The notes under the pieces: model-generated | What the model was told of the DNA's origin: nothing | What the model saw: the letters and a program-made list of their open reading frames with translations, nothing else | Database searches by the model: none | In this document: in pieces, positions 9,363 through 18,483 of the stretch | Layout: each line of letters opens with the position of its first letter | Numbering within the stretch: the stretch's first letter is position 1 | Translations under genes and position numbers: made by a program | Source of the DNA: Verrucomicrobiota bacterium | Lineage (GTDB): Bacteria; Verrucomicrobiota; Verrucomicrobiia; Chthoniobacterales; UBA6821 | Reading direction: 5' to 3' | NCBI GenBank assembly: GCA_008932965.1 | Contig: WBXG01000007.1 | Location: 1-32,000 of the forward strand | DNA length: 32,000 bases

Positions 9363-10376
9363 CTACCGTGTTACACGATCGAAATAACAAGAAAAGTGTT
9401 GCATGAGGTGCAAACAGGAATGTTCCAATGAGGATCGTTGCTTCCACTTGAGAGCTTCTGCAGGAAGCGTTGTTTGAACTAATTTCTTCCAACGATCGAG
9501 CGTTGCTTCCCTTGTATAGGAAACCACTGATTCCGATCCCTTCTGGACTAATTTCCAACGCATTACTGGATCTTCCTTGAGTTTTTTTAAATATTGAAAA
9601 ACTTTTTCAGCAGAGGTTCCTACAAGATAATCTTCTCCAGGATGACCATCAGCAGCATAGGCAGAATCGATTCCTCCAATGAAGGGAACACCAGCAAGCC
9701 AGGCATTATAAAGTTTGGTTGCTGGTTTATGAAGGTGCCTTGAGCCAGAAAAGTCACGAATTGCAATTACTCCATCGACATCGCTGTAATCATGCCAACG
9801 TCGTGCTTCTCTGATTTCTAGCAAAATACCAAGTTCTCTATGAAGTTGTTCTTGCCATGCTGCAGATCGTAGCTCCGGTGCAAGATTGCTACTGTCACCA
9901 AAAAAAGAGATTTTTTCAAAAAGAGAGCCACGTGCTGGGTCACGTGGAATCAGATGAGGTTGTGTCCAATGTGGCATAAAAAGGGAGCGCGGTAATTGTC
10001 TAGCATGAGCTCTGTTTTGAACAAGATGAAGATGCGCTGCAGGATGGGGCAACCCATCAGCAACAATATCGACAAGAAAGTAATTGTGAGAAATCCACTT
10101 TTTACCATTTTTTTTAAACTCCTCTTTGAAACAAGATACTATAGATGGAAAAGAGCTACTCATAGCGATGATAATACCCCCTTCATGAGGGAGGCTACCG
10201 AGAAGTGAACATGGAATCTTTTCCTGGATGAGCAAAGCCCATGTTTGATAGATCCAGCATTGAGCTGTGGCCCCTTTCCCTTTTTCTTCGAGTGGAATAA
10301 TCTGATTTTTTTCTAAGGCTTCTATCCAGAATTGGTTTGGAAAATGTTCTTTGGGCAAGATAAATGAGATAGGCAT
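9363..10376 (-). CDS. Hypothetical GT-B-like putative glycosyltransferase, stand-alone paralog of the C-terminal domain of 7160..9340
   Basis: By eye it has more than 50% identity to the C-terminal domain of the neighbouring 726-aa protein. HKPATKLYNAWLAGVPFIGGIDSAYAADG resembles the nucleotide-sugar-binding half of GT-B enzymes. It lies next to GT4 and acetyltransferase genes. Confidence 0.6.
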   Translation of the reverse strand: MPISFILPKEHFPNQFWIEALEKNQIIPLEEKGKGATAQCWIYQTWALLIQEKIPCSLLGSLPHEGGIIIAMSSSFPSIVSCFKEEFKKNGKKWISHNYFLVDIVADGLPHPAAHLHLVQNRAHARQLPRSLFMPHWTQPHLIPRDPARGSLFEKISFFGDSSNLAPELRSAAWQEQLHRELGILLEIREARRWHDYSDVDGVIAIRDFSGSRHLHKPATKLYNAWLAGVPFIGGIDSAYAADGHPGEDYLVGTSAEKVFQYLKKLKEDPVMRWKLVQKGSESVVSYTREATLDRWKKLVQTTLPAEALKWKQRSSLEHSCLHLMQHFSCYFDRVTR

Positions 10377-10397
10377 AAAAAAAGTGAGTGTGATGGG

Positions 10398-10450
10398 CTA
10401 GCCCGCATATTTCATACCGATCGTAAGGAATAGCAGGTGCAAGTTGAACT
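10398..10450. repeat. Solo or truncated terminus of the TIR element family
   Basis: CTAGCCCGCATATTTCATACCGATCGT matches the family terminus. The rest has diverged. It lies 22 nt upstream of the start codon at 10376. Confidence 0.55.
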
Positions 10451-10579
10451 CCATTTTTCAGTTTCATCCATCAATAGAAAGTCCTGGTTACAAAAACATC
10501 GATTTTTAACCTGAATACTCTTTACCCTGTACCTACCTCTCTCTATTTTTAATCAATCTTTTTTATTGCCGTTATTCCT

Positions 10580-11056
10580 GTGAATATTTTTTTCCAAGAC
10601 TGGTCTTACAATCGTGGAAATCTACGAAGTCAGAGTGTTCTTCTTTTATTTCGCATAGCACATTGCTTTCACCGACTCCCTCCTACCTCACGCTGGATCG
10701 GTTATCCCTATTTTCTCTTATACGAGCTACTCGTTGTTTGGATCTTAGGGATTGAACTCAGTTATAAAGCAACCATTGGCCCTGGACTGCGGCTCTTTCA
10801 CGGAGTTGCTACCGTGATTCATGAATCAGTAGTAATCGGTAAAAATTGCACTCTTCGGCATTCCACAACAATAGGAATGAGACATGAGACAGAGGCTGTT
10901 CCCACTCTTGGTGATCATGTTGATATTGGATGTCAAAGCGTTATTATTGGACCTATTCACATTGGGAATGCAGTCGTTATTGGTGCTGGTTCCGTAGTTC
11001 TCCATGATATCCCAGATCATAGTGTGGTAGCTGGAAACCCTGCTCGTATTTTATGA
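10580..11056 (+). CDS. Hexapeptide-repeat O-acetyltransferase (serine acetyltransferase / WcaB-like)
   Basis: Left-handed beta-helix repeats IGPGLRLFHGVATVIHESVVIGKNCTLRHSTTIG...LGDHVDIGCQSVIIGPIHIGNAVVIGAGSVVLHDIPDHSVVAGNPARIL. GTG start; the stop overlaps the next gene's ATG. Confidence 0.8.
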   Translation: MNIFFQDWSYNRGNLRSQSVLLLFRIAHCFHRLPPTSRWIGYPYFLLYELLVVWILGIELSYKATIGPGLRLFHGVATVIHESVVIGKNCTLRHSTTIGMRHETEAVPTLGDHVDIGCQSVIIGPIHIGNAVVIGAGSVVLHDIPDHSVVAGNPARIL

Positions 11057-12144
11057 AATTTCTTTTCTTCTCGGGGCATGCGCATCTAGCACTTGACCCA
11101 AATGCAGGTGAAGCCTCTGGAGGTGCAGAGTTGCAAGTAGCTTTGCTTTCAAAAGAACTTGTACAACGAGGTCATGACACAACCATCATCGCTACAGATA
11201 CAGGTCAGGAAGATGCTGTTTTTTGGGAAGGGATTAAAGTGTGCGTCGCACGTAGATTTGATAGCAGCTCCTTTTGGAAAAGCGCGTTAGCAATCCCATC
11301 GGTTTTGCGCATTATTGTTGAAGAAAAACCTGATGTGGTTGTGGTTTATGGGTGGACAGCATGGCTCTATCTCTTGGCTCAGTGGAGTAAAGTATGTCGT
11401 TATCGGCTTGTTTATGTCTGTGCTCTCGATTCAGAAATTGAAGGTACATTCTCCTACACTCATCGTTTTTGGGGATGGCTTTTTAAACGAGGAATGAGAC
11501 TCTGCCATGTACGTTTTGGAATCACAGAGCATCAAAAACAGCTCTTCCATCAACAAGGGATGAGCTGTTTTTTAACACGCCTGCTTTTACAACAAGCTCC
11601 AGCAGTCACCTCTTCTATCATCGAAAAACCGATCGATCTTCTTTGGGTAGCCCGTTGTAATCAAGTAAAGCAGCCACTTCAATTTTTAGAACTTGCCAAA
11701 AGATTTCCTCACGTACGCTGTCAGATGATTTGTTCGAATCAAGATCAAGAACTTTGGAAGGAAGTGAAGGACCAAGTTCAACATTTAGATAACATCGAGT
11801 TTCTCGAAGTTGTTCCCTACCGTGATATTCAACTCTATTTTAATCGAGCTAAGATTTTTGTGAATACCTCACTTGAAGAAGGGGTCCCTAACACCTTTAT
11901 TCATGCAGCGCTAGGACATACGGCTATTGCTTCACTACGTGTGGACCCTGATCAGATGTTTGATCACTTTGAAGCAGGTTTTTGTGCACAAGATAATAGG
12001 GGATATTTTTTTGAAAGGATTCAAAAGTTACTTCATCAGCCAGATCTTTTATCTCACGCACAATCGGAAGCGGCTCGTTTTGTGAGCACTTGGCACAATA
12101 ATAAAAAAAATATGGATAGCTTTCTTCAAGGAGTAGAGCAATGA
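11053..12144 (+). CDS. Glycosyltransferase family 4-like
   Basis: GGAELQVALLSKELVQRGHD N-terminal GT4 signature and C-terminal VNTSLEEGVPNTFIHAALG (an EX7E-like region). It is translationally coupled to its neighbours (ATGA overlaps). Confidence 0.75.
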   Translation: MKFLFFSGHAHLALDPNAGEASGGAELQVALLSKELVQRGHDTTIIATDTGQEDAVFWEGIKVCVARRFDSSSFWKSALAIPSVLRIIVEEKPDVVVVYGWTAWLYLLAQWSKVCRYRLVYVCALDSEIEGTFSYTHRFWGWLFKRGMRLCHVRFGITEHQKQLFHQQGMSCFLTRLLLQQAPAVTSSIIEKPIDLLWVARCNQVKQPLQFLELAKRFPHVRCQMICSNQDQELWKEVKDQVQHLDNIEFLEVVPYRDIQLYFNRAKIFVNTSLEEGVPNTFIHAALGHTAIASLRVDPDQMFDHFEAGFCAQDNRGYFFERIQKLLHQPDLLSHAQSEAARFVSTWHNNKKNMDSFLQGVEQ

Positions 12145-13280
12145 AGCGAGTATTGCATGTCATCGATCATCTTCAATTGGGTGGAGCTCAATCTTTATTG
12201 TTAGATTTAGTAACCTTAATGGAAAAATCAGAATGGCACTGTGAAGTTGCTTCCATGCATGGACGTGGTCTTTTTGCAGAACTCTTAGAAAAAAAAGGAA
12301 TCTCAGTCCATTCCCTCTCTCCCTCCTTATGGCCACCGTGTTATCTTGCTGCATTTGCAAGCCTCCAATCTCAATTTGATATTCTTCATTTTCATCTTTC
12401 GGGTTCCAATTGGATTGCCAAACCCATGGCAGCTCTCCTTGGAAATCAACCCCGGATATCACATGATCATGGGAGTGATGATTTTCGTTTTCGTGGTAGG
12501 GGATTTGTTTTAATGGATGCCATCATGCATCGCTTTTCAACACACACGATTGCCGTCACACCGGAGGTAAAACAATTTTTAACCCATTATGAAGCTCTTA
12601 CTGCGGAGTCAGTCACAGCGATCTCAAACGGAATCAACGTGGAAGAATTCCGTCCTTTTACTTCAGAAGAAAAAAAAGAAGCCCGTCTGTTTTTTGATTT
12701 GCCCTCGGAAGCATTTGTGGTGGGCACGGTAGGCCGTCTTGCGCCTGAAAAAAACCAAACACTTTTCTTGAAAGCCGCTAAAATTGCTCTCGAGCAAGGA
12801 TTGAAAGCTACTTTTCTAATTGCAGGGACAGGCCCCGAAGAAGCAGCTTTAAAAAAATGTGCTGCACAACTTGGCATCGAACATAGTGTTCGCTTTTTAG
12901 GACAGATTAAAGATCGCGTCCAGCTCTACCGTTCATTAGATCTATTTGTACTAACCTCACGCTTTGAAGGTTTGCCAATGGTACTTTTAGAGGCCATGGC
13001 TTCAGGAATACCAGTTGTAAGCACCGATCTTGAGGGAATTCATCATGCACTTGAGGGAGGACGACATGGTCTCTTGATTCCCTCGGAGGATGAGATAGCT
13101 TTAAGTGACTGCTTGCTGCACTCCCATGAACGAATCCAACAAGAATCTTTGCGAAGTGCACGTCTTAAAGTAGAATCAGATTTTAGCGCTCAGAAAGCTG
13201 CTAAGAAGTTAGGGGATTTATATCAGTCACTTCTGAGCCCGAATATTTCACACCGATTACCTATGGAAGCCGGAAAGTAA
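12141..13280 (+). CDS. Glycosyltransferase family 4 (GT1/GT4 RfaB-like)
   Basis: LQLGGAQSLLLDLV, VGRLAPEKNQ and SRFEGLPMVLLEAMASGIPVVSTD motifs. The last 15 codons and the stop (from 13234) are encoded by a repeat element. Confidence 0.9.
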   Translation: MKRVLHVIDHLQLGGAQSLLLDLVTLMEKSEWHCEVASMHGRGLFAELLEKKGISVHSLSPSLWPPCYLAAFASLQSQFDILHFHLSGSNWIAKPMAALLGNQPRISHDHGSDDFRFRGRGFVLMDAIMHRFSTHTIAVTPEVKQFLTHYEALTAESVTAISNGINVEEFRPFTSEEKKEARLFFDLPSEAFVVGTVGRLAPEKNQTLFLKAAKIALEQGLKATFLIAGTGPEEAALKKCAAQLGIEHSVRFLGQIKDRVQLYRSLDLFVLTSRFEGLPMVLLEAMASGIPVVSTDLEGIHHALEGGRHGLLIPSEDEIALSDCLLHSHERIQQESLRSARLKVESDFSAQKAAKKLGDLYQSLLSPNISHRLPMEAGK

Positions 13281-13511
13281 GTGTGGACGCTTTATTGAGC
13301 TCGAAGTCTTCCTTGGGCGGTAGGTATTCATACAGCCCTGCATCAAAATGCTTGCCTGCGTTGACTCACTCGCTCCCACTCGTTTCCCCCTTTTAGGGCT
13401 TCCTAAGAGGCTCCTAAGAGACAGTCTCCCCCGCGGTCTCCAGACCACCGGTGGTGCCCTATCAGTCTTCGCGACCTCCTCTTTACGATCAGTATGAAAT
13501 ATGCGGGCTGG
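13234..13511 (+). mobile_element. TIR element, long form (278 bp), with a nested ~96-nt hairpin module at 13361..13456
   Basis: The left end is TGAGCCCGAATATTTCACACCGATTACC and the right end is CGATCAGTATGAAATATGCGGGCTGG. The core TACAGCCCTGCATCAAAATGCTTGCCTGC is followed by a TTGACTCACTCGCTCCC... module. Confidence 0.85.
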
Positions 13512-13616
13512 GAGAATTTAATCTTCATTTTCTTTTTTTTACTGTTTCTTTTTTAGTAAAAGGACCCATGCTCAAGTTTGTTTGTTTTGGTCTTTTAATG
13601 TTTAATTTTTTGAAAA

Positions 13617-14120
13617 ATGCAACCGATTTCAATTGCCTGTTTTAATCAAGATATTTGGATTCGCGTTACCGGTCGTGGAAATTTTTTATGTAGTGCAGCT
13701 CTAAAACAGATAGTGCAAGAAATGATTGAAAAAGAATACTACCATTACGTCATTGATCTCAAAGAGTGCGAACAGCTTGATTCCACATTTATGGGGACAA
13801 TTACAGGAATTGCTCAACGTCTACGCCAGTATCAGCAGTCACTTTTTAAAGTGGTCAATGTAAGTCAAAGCAATCAAGATCTCATGGAAAATCTCGGACT
13901 TGATGAACTTTTTTGCATTCAATCCTTGTCGATGAAGCATCAGCTTCCACCCGATTTAAGCCCCTCCTGTTTTACAGAGTCGTCGTTTTATATTCCCCCA
14001 GCGGAGGAAAAAGAAAAAATGCACGAAGTGGTTGTTTCAGCACATCAATCATTGGTAGAGGTAAATAAAGATAATGCTGAAAAATTTAAAGATATTATTG
14101 AAGCCTGCTCGAAGGATTAA
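13617..14120 (+). CDS. STAS-domain protein (anti-sigma-factor antagonist-like, RsbV/SpoIIAA family) with a C-terminal extension
   Basis: IWIRVTGRGNF....ALKQIVQEMIEKEYYHYVIDLKECEQLDSTFMGTITGIAQRL......KVVNVS.SNQDLMENLGLDELF has the STAS topology, including the DST motif at the usual phospho-Ser position. Confidence 0.7.
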   Translation: MQPISIACFNQDIWIRVTGRGNFLCSAALKQIVQEMIEKEYYHYVIDLKECEQLDSTFMGTITGIAQRLRQYQQSLFKVVNVSQSNQDLMENLGLDELFCIQSLSMKHQLPPDLSPSCFTESSFYIPPAEEKEKMHEVVVSAHQSLVEVNKDNAEKFKDIIEACSKD

Positions 14121-14177
14121 AAATTTCATTGCATAGGCTTGTAGTTTCTATTTGGGGATGCTGTTATTAAAGCATCC

Positions 14178-15638
14178 ATGTTCTCTACTTTCGGATTTTA
14201 TCTGACGATATTTTTATTGCTTGTTGTTTCCATTGTGCTCGCAATTATTTTGAGGGTTCAGAGGCGGCGTGTTTCTCAGTTAAAAAAATCACGTCTCGAG
14301 ATTCAGGAAGAAGAGGATCGGGTTTTTGATTTCTTGCATGGTTTAGGAGAAGCTTTTTCTGGAGGAGTTCATCCTCCTGAACTTCACCGTCTTATTGTAG
14401 AGGGCGCGATTCGTATTTTAGCTGCCGAGGGAGGTGCGCTTTACCTTGTTGACCCAGAAGAAAAGATGCTAGTTCCTGCATTTTTTACCGATGGAACACC
14501 CCCGCTCGTGGTCATTCCTGATTTTGTGATACAAGCAACTCCCTCATTGCTTTCACTCTATGGTGTTAAACAAAAATTACTTTTTTCTCTTAAGAATTTT
14601 TTAAAATTACACAATGTCTCACGTCATGAAGGATTACTTGGGGAGGCTTGGGATTGGAATAAGCCTCATTTTTTTAATCATGAAACATTGCCTTCGTCCT
14701 TAATTGCACAAGGGCTTGATACAGTTTTTTTAGGACCATTGATTTATGGTGGAAGAACACTGGGTGTGTTAGCTGTGACCAATGGTGCGAATACCTCTTT
14801 TTCTCAAGGAGGGCTGGAACTTTTTTCTGCAATTGCTGAACAATCTGCTTTTGCACTTTATACTCAAGTTGTTTACAAGGAAGCAGAAGAAAAACGCTTG
14901 TTAGATCATGATTTAGAAATTGCACGTGAAATTCAAAAAATTCTTTTGCCATCAGATCCCCCTTTAGTTCCTGGTTACCAGATTAGCGGTATTAATATTC
15001 CCGCACGATCATTAAGTGGTGACTATTTTGATTACCTCTTAGTTGATCAAGAGCACATCGGTATCGCCATTGCTGATGTTTCTGGCAAGGGAATTCCAGC
15101 TTCACTTATCATGACTCTTTGTCGTAGTTCGCTTCGAGGGCATGCCTTTGATGAAGTTTCTCCCTCCAGTGTCTTGCATCGTGTTAATCGACAGCTCTAT
15201 TCTGATATGAGAGAGGATATGTTCATCAGTATGGCGTACGTCACTATTAATCTAAAGACACATCAAGCTCTCCTAGCCAGAGCAGGACATGATGCCCCAC
15301 TTTTTTATCGTGCTCGTGATTGTTCTGTTGAACGTCTTAATCCAAAAGGAATGGCTGTTGGGATTGACAGTGGAAAAGTCTTCGATAGATTCTGTACTGA
15401 CTTTCCTTTTCACTTCGAGCAAGGAGATTGTCTTCTGCTTTACACAGATGGAGTTACTGAAGCAACAGATCATCATGGTGTTGAATTTGGAATCAAACGT
15501 CTCATGCAACACCTTGAGAAAAATGCTTTAGATAGTTCCGAAAATCTTCTAAAAAGACTTGCTGATGACATCCGGGTCTTTATCGATAACCAGGTTCAGC
15601 ATGATGACATCACTCTTATTACCATTCGCAAACTGTGA
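14178..15638 (+). CDS. Membrane-anchored GAF-domain PP2C (SpoIIE/RsbU-type) serine phosphatase
   Basis: N-terminal TM helix, a GAF-like region (GGALYLVD...GRTLGVLAVTNG) and PP2C motifs SGDYFDY, DVSGKGIPASLIM, AGHDAPLFY, LLLYTDGVTEA, DDITLITIR. Confidence 0.9.
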   Translation: MFSTFGFYLTIFLLLVVSIVLAIILRVQRRRVSQLKKSRLEIQEEEDRVFDFLHGLGEAFSGGVHPPELHRLIVEGAIRILAAEGGALYLVDPEEKMLVPAFFTDGTPPLVVIPDFVIQATPSLLSLYGVKQKLLFSLKNFLKLHNVSRHEGLLGEAWDWNKPHFFNHETLPSSLIAQGLDTVFLGPLIYGGRTLGVLAVTNGANTSFSQGGLELFSAIAEQSAFALYTQVVYKEAEEKRLLDHDLEIAREIQKILLPSDPPLVPGYQISGINIPARSLSGDYFDYLLVDQEHIGIAIADVSGKGIPASLIMTLCRSSLRGHAFDEVSPSSVLHRVNRQLYSDMREDMFISMAYVTINLKTHQALLARAGHDAPLFYRARDCSVERLNPKGMAVGIDSGKVFDRFCTDFPFHFEQGDCLLLYTDGVTEATDHHGVEFGIKRLMQHLEKNALDSSENLLKRLADDIRVFIDNQVQHDDITLITIRKL

Positions 15639-16219
15639 AAAAAACATCCCAACATCACCATTCAGAATCATCTCCTGCATCTACTGTTTCAGAAGTAGAA
15701 AATAATAAGGCAGAAGCGATTCCCGTAAAGCCTCAGCCCAAGGAGGAGGAAGAAATTTCTAACTTAAAAAATCAGGTGGATCAGTATCGTGATCAAGCAT
15801 TGCGCGTGGCTGCTGATTTAGAAAATTACCGCAAACGGATGATCCGTGAAAAAGAGGATACTATTCGCTATGCAAACAGTTCGCTTTTAGAAAAGCTACT
15901 TCCAATCATGGATAATTTTGAGCTTGGTCTTCAAGCAGCACGTCTTGCTTCCGAAAATAATCCTGATTCGCGCGCTGGAGAAATCATCAATGGTTTTTCG
16001 ATGGTTCAGCATCAACTGTATGATTTCCTCAAAGATCATGGTATGGAATCCATTGATGCCGTTGGAAAGATGTTTGACCCTAAACTCCATGAAGCCCTCA
16101 GTTATCAAGTCGATCCCTCATTGCCTGAGGGCCACATTATCAGTCAGCTTCGCCGAGGTTATCTTCTGGCAGGTCGATTGCTGCGTCCTGCCAGCGTCGT
16201 TGTTAGTAAAGAAGGTTAG
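15635..16219 (+). CDS. grpE: Nucleotide exchange factor GrpE
   Basis: LRVAADLENYRKRM.REKED....A....LEKLLPI.DNFELGL, then FDP..HEA and a GY.L.GR.LRPA.V.VS C-terminus. The GTG start overlaps the phosphatase stop (GTGA). Confidence 0.95.
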   Translation: MKKTSQHHHSESSPASTVSEVENNKAEAIPVKPQPKEEEEISNLKNQVDQYRDQALRVAADLENYRKRMIREKEDTIRYANSSLLEKLLPIMDNFELGLQAARLASENNPDSRAGEIINGFSMVQHQLYDFLKDHGMESIDAVGKMFDPKLHEALSYQVDPSLPEGHIISQLRRGYLLAGRLLRPASVVVSKEG

Positions 16220-16250
16220 TATCTACTTGAAACCCTAGCAGAACTGCATG

Positions 16251-16345
16251 TTAACCCGAATATTTCATACTGATCGTGACGAGGAGGTCGCGAAGCCAGA
16301 TGTGTGATACTGTAGACTCTTATTTTGAGTTGGGCCGTCTTATCA
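16251..16345 (-). repeat. Truncated TIR element: one arm plus a diverged core, reverse orientation, other end missing
   Basis: TTAACCCGAATATTTCATACTGATCGTGACGAGGAGGTCGCGAAGCC is the reverse complement of the right-arm consensus. TATTTTGAGTTGGGCCGT matches the reversed CATCAAAATG core. Confidence 0.75.
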
Positions 16346-16444
16346 AGGCCTTCTATACATTCATCTGAGAGAGGTTCGGTTATTTTGTTATCTATTTTTT
16401 CTTTTAAATGTCTTTTTTCAATACTCCATTCCTAAACATGTTCC

Positions 16445-17611
16445 ATGACTAAACGAGATTATTATGAAATATTGGGGGTCTCTCGTACTGCCCAGCAAGA
16501 AGAAATTAAGCGCGCCTATCGTAAGCTAGCTGTCAAATATCATCCTGACAAAAATCCTGGAGATGCATCTTCTGAAGCCTCTTTTAAAGAGCTTGCTGAG
16601 GCCTATGATATTATTAGCGATGCCGATAAAAGAGCTGCTTATGATCGCTATGGCCATGCTGCTTTTCAAGGTGCCGGAGGTCGTGGTGCAGCTGGAGGTT
16701 TTCATGATCCTTTTGATCTCTTTCGTGAGATGTTTGCAGGTCAAGGAGGTAAGGCAGGAATGGGAGGAATGGGAGGAGGAATTTTTGAGCAATTTTTTCA
16801 GGGTGGGGCAGAGGCTTCCTCGCGTGATGGAAAACAACGAGGGGCAGATCTGCGTTATGATCTTCAAATTACCCTAGAAGAGGCGTTCTCTGGCTGTGAG
16901 AAAGAAATAGAAATCCAGAAACTTGATGCTTGTCAGACCTGTGATGGCTCTGGAGCTGCTCCAGGGGCTAAAACGGCATCATGCTCTCTATGCCAAGGGA
17001 GAGGTCAGGTAGCAATGTCTCGTGGATTTTTTCAGGTAGTTCAAACGTGTCCTCAATGTCATGGAGCTGGTCAAGTTATCGATAAGCCATGCCAAAACTG
17101 TCGAGGAGAGGGGTGTGAAGAGAGGGTCTCACGTATTACTCTTAAAATTCCTGCAGGCATCGATGAAGGGGCACGACTTCGCTCTTCGGGATCTGGTGAA
17201 GCTGGGATAAGAGGTGGTGGGAAAGGGGATCTTTATGTCATTATTCATCTCAAAAAACATTCTGTTTTTGAACGAGAGGGGATGAATCTTCATTGTCAGA
17301 TCCCTATTCCATTTTCGATAGCTGCCTTGGGGGGGGAAGTCAAGGTTCCAACGCTGTGTGGGCTTGTAGATTTAAAAATTGTTTCAGGAACACAGAGTGG
17401 TTCTACCTTTTCTATTCGTGGTTCAGGAATGCCTTCACTGCAAAGCCCACGAAAAGGAGATCTCTACGTACGGGTTGAAGTCGAAGTTCCAACAAAGCTC
17501 AATGCAGAACAGCGTCAGGCTCTAGAAAAATTTTCTCAACTTTGTGGGGAGGAAAATACCCCCTTACATCGCAGTTTTACAGAACGGCTTAAAGACTTTT
17601 TAAGTAATTAA
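16445..17611 (+). CDS. dnaJ: Molecular chaperone DnaJ (type I)
   Basis: J-domain DYYEILGV...[16 protein letters not shown], a G/F-rich region and four CxxCxGxG motifs ([32 protein letters not shown]). Confidence 0.97.
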   Translation: MTKRDYYEILGVSRTAQQEEIKRAYRKLAVKYHPDKNPGDASSEASFKELAEAYDIISDADKRAAYDRYGHAAFQGAGGRGAAGGFHDPFDLFREMFAGQGGKAGMGGMGGGIFEQFFQGGAEASSRDGKQRGADLRYDLQITLEEAFSGCEKEIEIQKLDACQTCDGSGAAPGAKTASCSLCQGRGQVAMSRGFFQVVQTCPQCHGAGQVIDKPCQNCRGEGCEERVSRITLKIPAGIDEGARLRSSGSGEAGIRGGGKGDLYVIIHLKKHSVFEREGMNLHCQIPIPFSIAALGGEVKVPTLCGLVDLKIVSGTQSGSTFSIRGSGMPSLQSPRKGDLYVRVEVEVPTKLNAEQRQALEKFSQLCGEENTPLHRSFTERLKDFLSN

Positions 17612-17623
17612 TTTTAGCTCGGA

Positions 17624-17660
17624 TATTTCATCCTGATCTATTATGAAGCCTTCTCGTTTC
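17624..17660 (+). repeat. Solo left terminus of the TIR element family
   Basis: TTAGCTCGGATATTTCATCCTGATCTATTATGAAGCC aligns to the left arm of the copy at 28118 (TTAACCCGAATATTTCATCCTGATCTACTACGGAAGAC). Confidence 0.65.
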
Positions 17661-17736
17661 CTCAATGCCAGGAGTTATTAGTTGTGAGTTGCTCACAAAT
17701 TCTTTAGCATTACCAAAACTATCTTCATCTAAAATT

Positions 17737-18336
17737 ATGTCCTACACATTACCACTGCTTCCTTATTCTTCTAGTGCCCTTGAGCCATCCATTGATAGCA
17801 GGACGATGGAGGTCCATCATGATAAGCATCACGCTACCTATGTGACGAATCTTAATAATGCGCTCAAGGATTATCCTGAGCTAGCTGCTAAGCCAGTTGA
17901 CGAACTCATTGCAGATCTTACGCTGGTGCCTGAGGTGATTCGGACCGCCGTTCGCAATAACGGAGGAGGACATTCCAATCACAGTTTTTATTGGGTGCTC
18001 ATGACACCAGGTGGATCCAAAGCTCCCGTTGGCAAGCTCAACGAAGAACTTCTCAAAACCTTTGGTAGTTTTGAGGAGTTTAAATTAAAATTTGAAGCTG
18101 CTGGCCTTGCTCGCTTTGGAAGTGGCTGGGTTTGGCTTGTCAAAAATAAAAGTGGAGTTCTTGAAATTCTCTCCACACCTAACCAAGATTCGCCGATCAT
18201 GGAGGGACTTACTCCTATCCTGGGTAATGATGTTTGGGAGCATGCCTACTATCTCAATTATCAAAATCGCCGTGCAGACTATTTGAAAGCATGGTGGAAT
18301 CTTGTCAATTGGGATATCGCTGAACAAAAAATGTAG
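17737..18336 (+). CDS. sodA: Fe/Mn superoxide dismutase
   Basis: LP.LPY...[20 protein letters not shown] and [20 protein letters not shown] moved the start to the ATG at 17737 ([10 protein letters not shown]), which matches canonical SOD N-termini. Confidence 0.93.
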   Translation: MSYTLPLLPYSSSALEPSIDSRTMEVHHDKHHATYVTNLNNALKDYPELAAKPVDELIADLTLVPEVIRTAVRNNGGGHSNHSFYWVLMTPGGSKAPVGKLNEELLKTFGSFEEFKLKFEAAGLARFGSGWVWLVKNKSGVLEILSTPNQDSPIMEGLTPILGNDVWEHAYYLNYQNRRADYLKAWWNLVNWDIAEQKM

Positions 18337-18483
18337 TTTTTTGCAAGCAATGAAGAGCTGTTGCTCTCGTTGTTCATAGGAATGGATGCCGTTAGCATCT
18401 TCCTTCTTTGGTGCACAGCACCCGTTATCTTAATCTTTTTTTTCACAAGTTTTCCAACAGAGGATTTTTAATTTTTATCTACG

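Noticed and set aside
17665-17736. A 24-codon N-terminal extension of the superoxide dismutase ORF.
   Set aside because: Fe/Mn SODs start at the M-x-x-x-LP-x-LPY motif found at 17737. The extension also runs close to the solo repeat arm.
18337-18483. A lysine riboswitch or attenuator upstream of dapL, and an intrinsic terminator after sodA (GATGC-cgtta-GCATC plus a T-rich run at 18385..18409).
   Set aside because: I could recognise no L-box conserved core. The hairpin is only 5 bp with an interrupted T tract, which is too weak to annotate.
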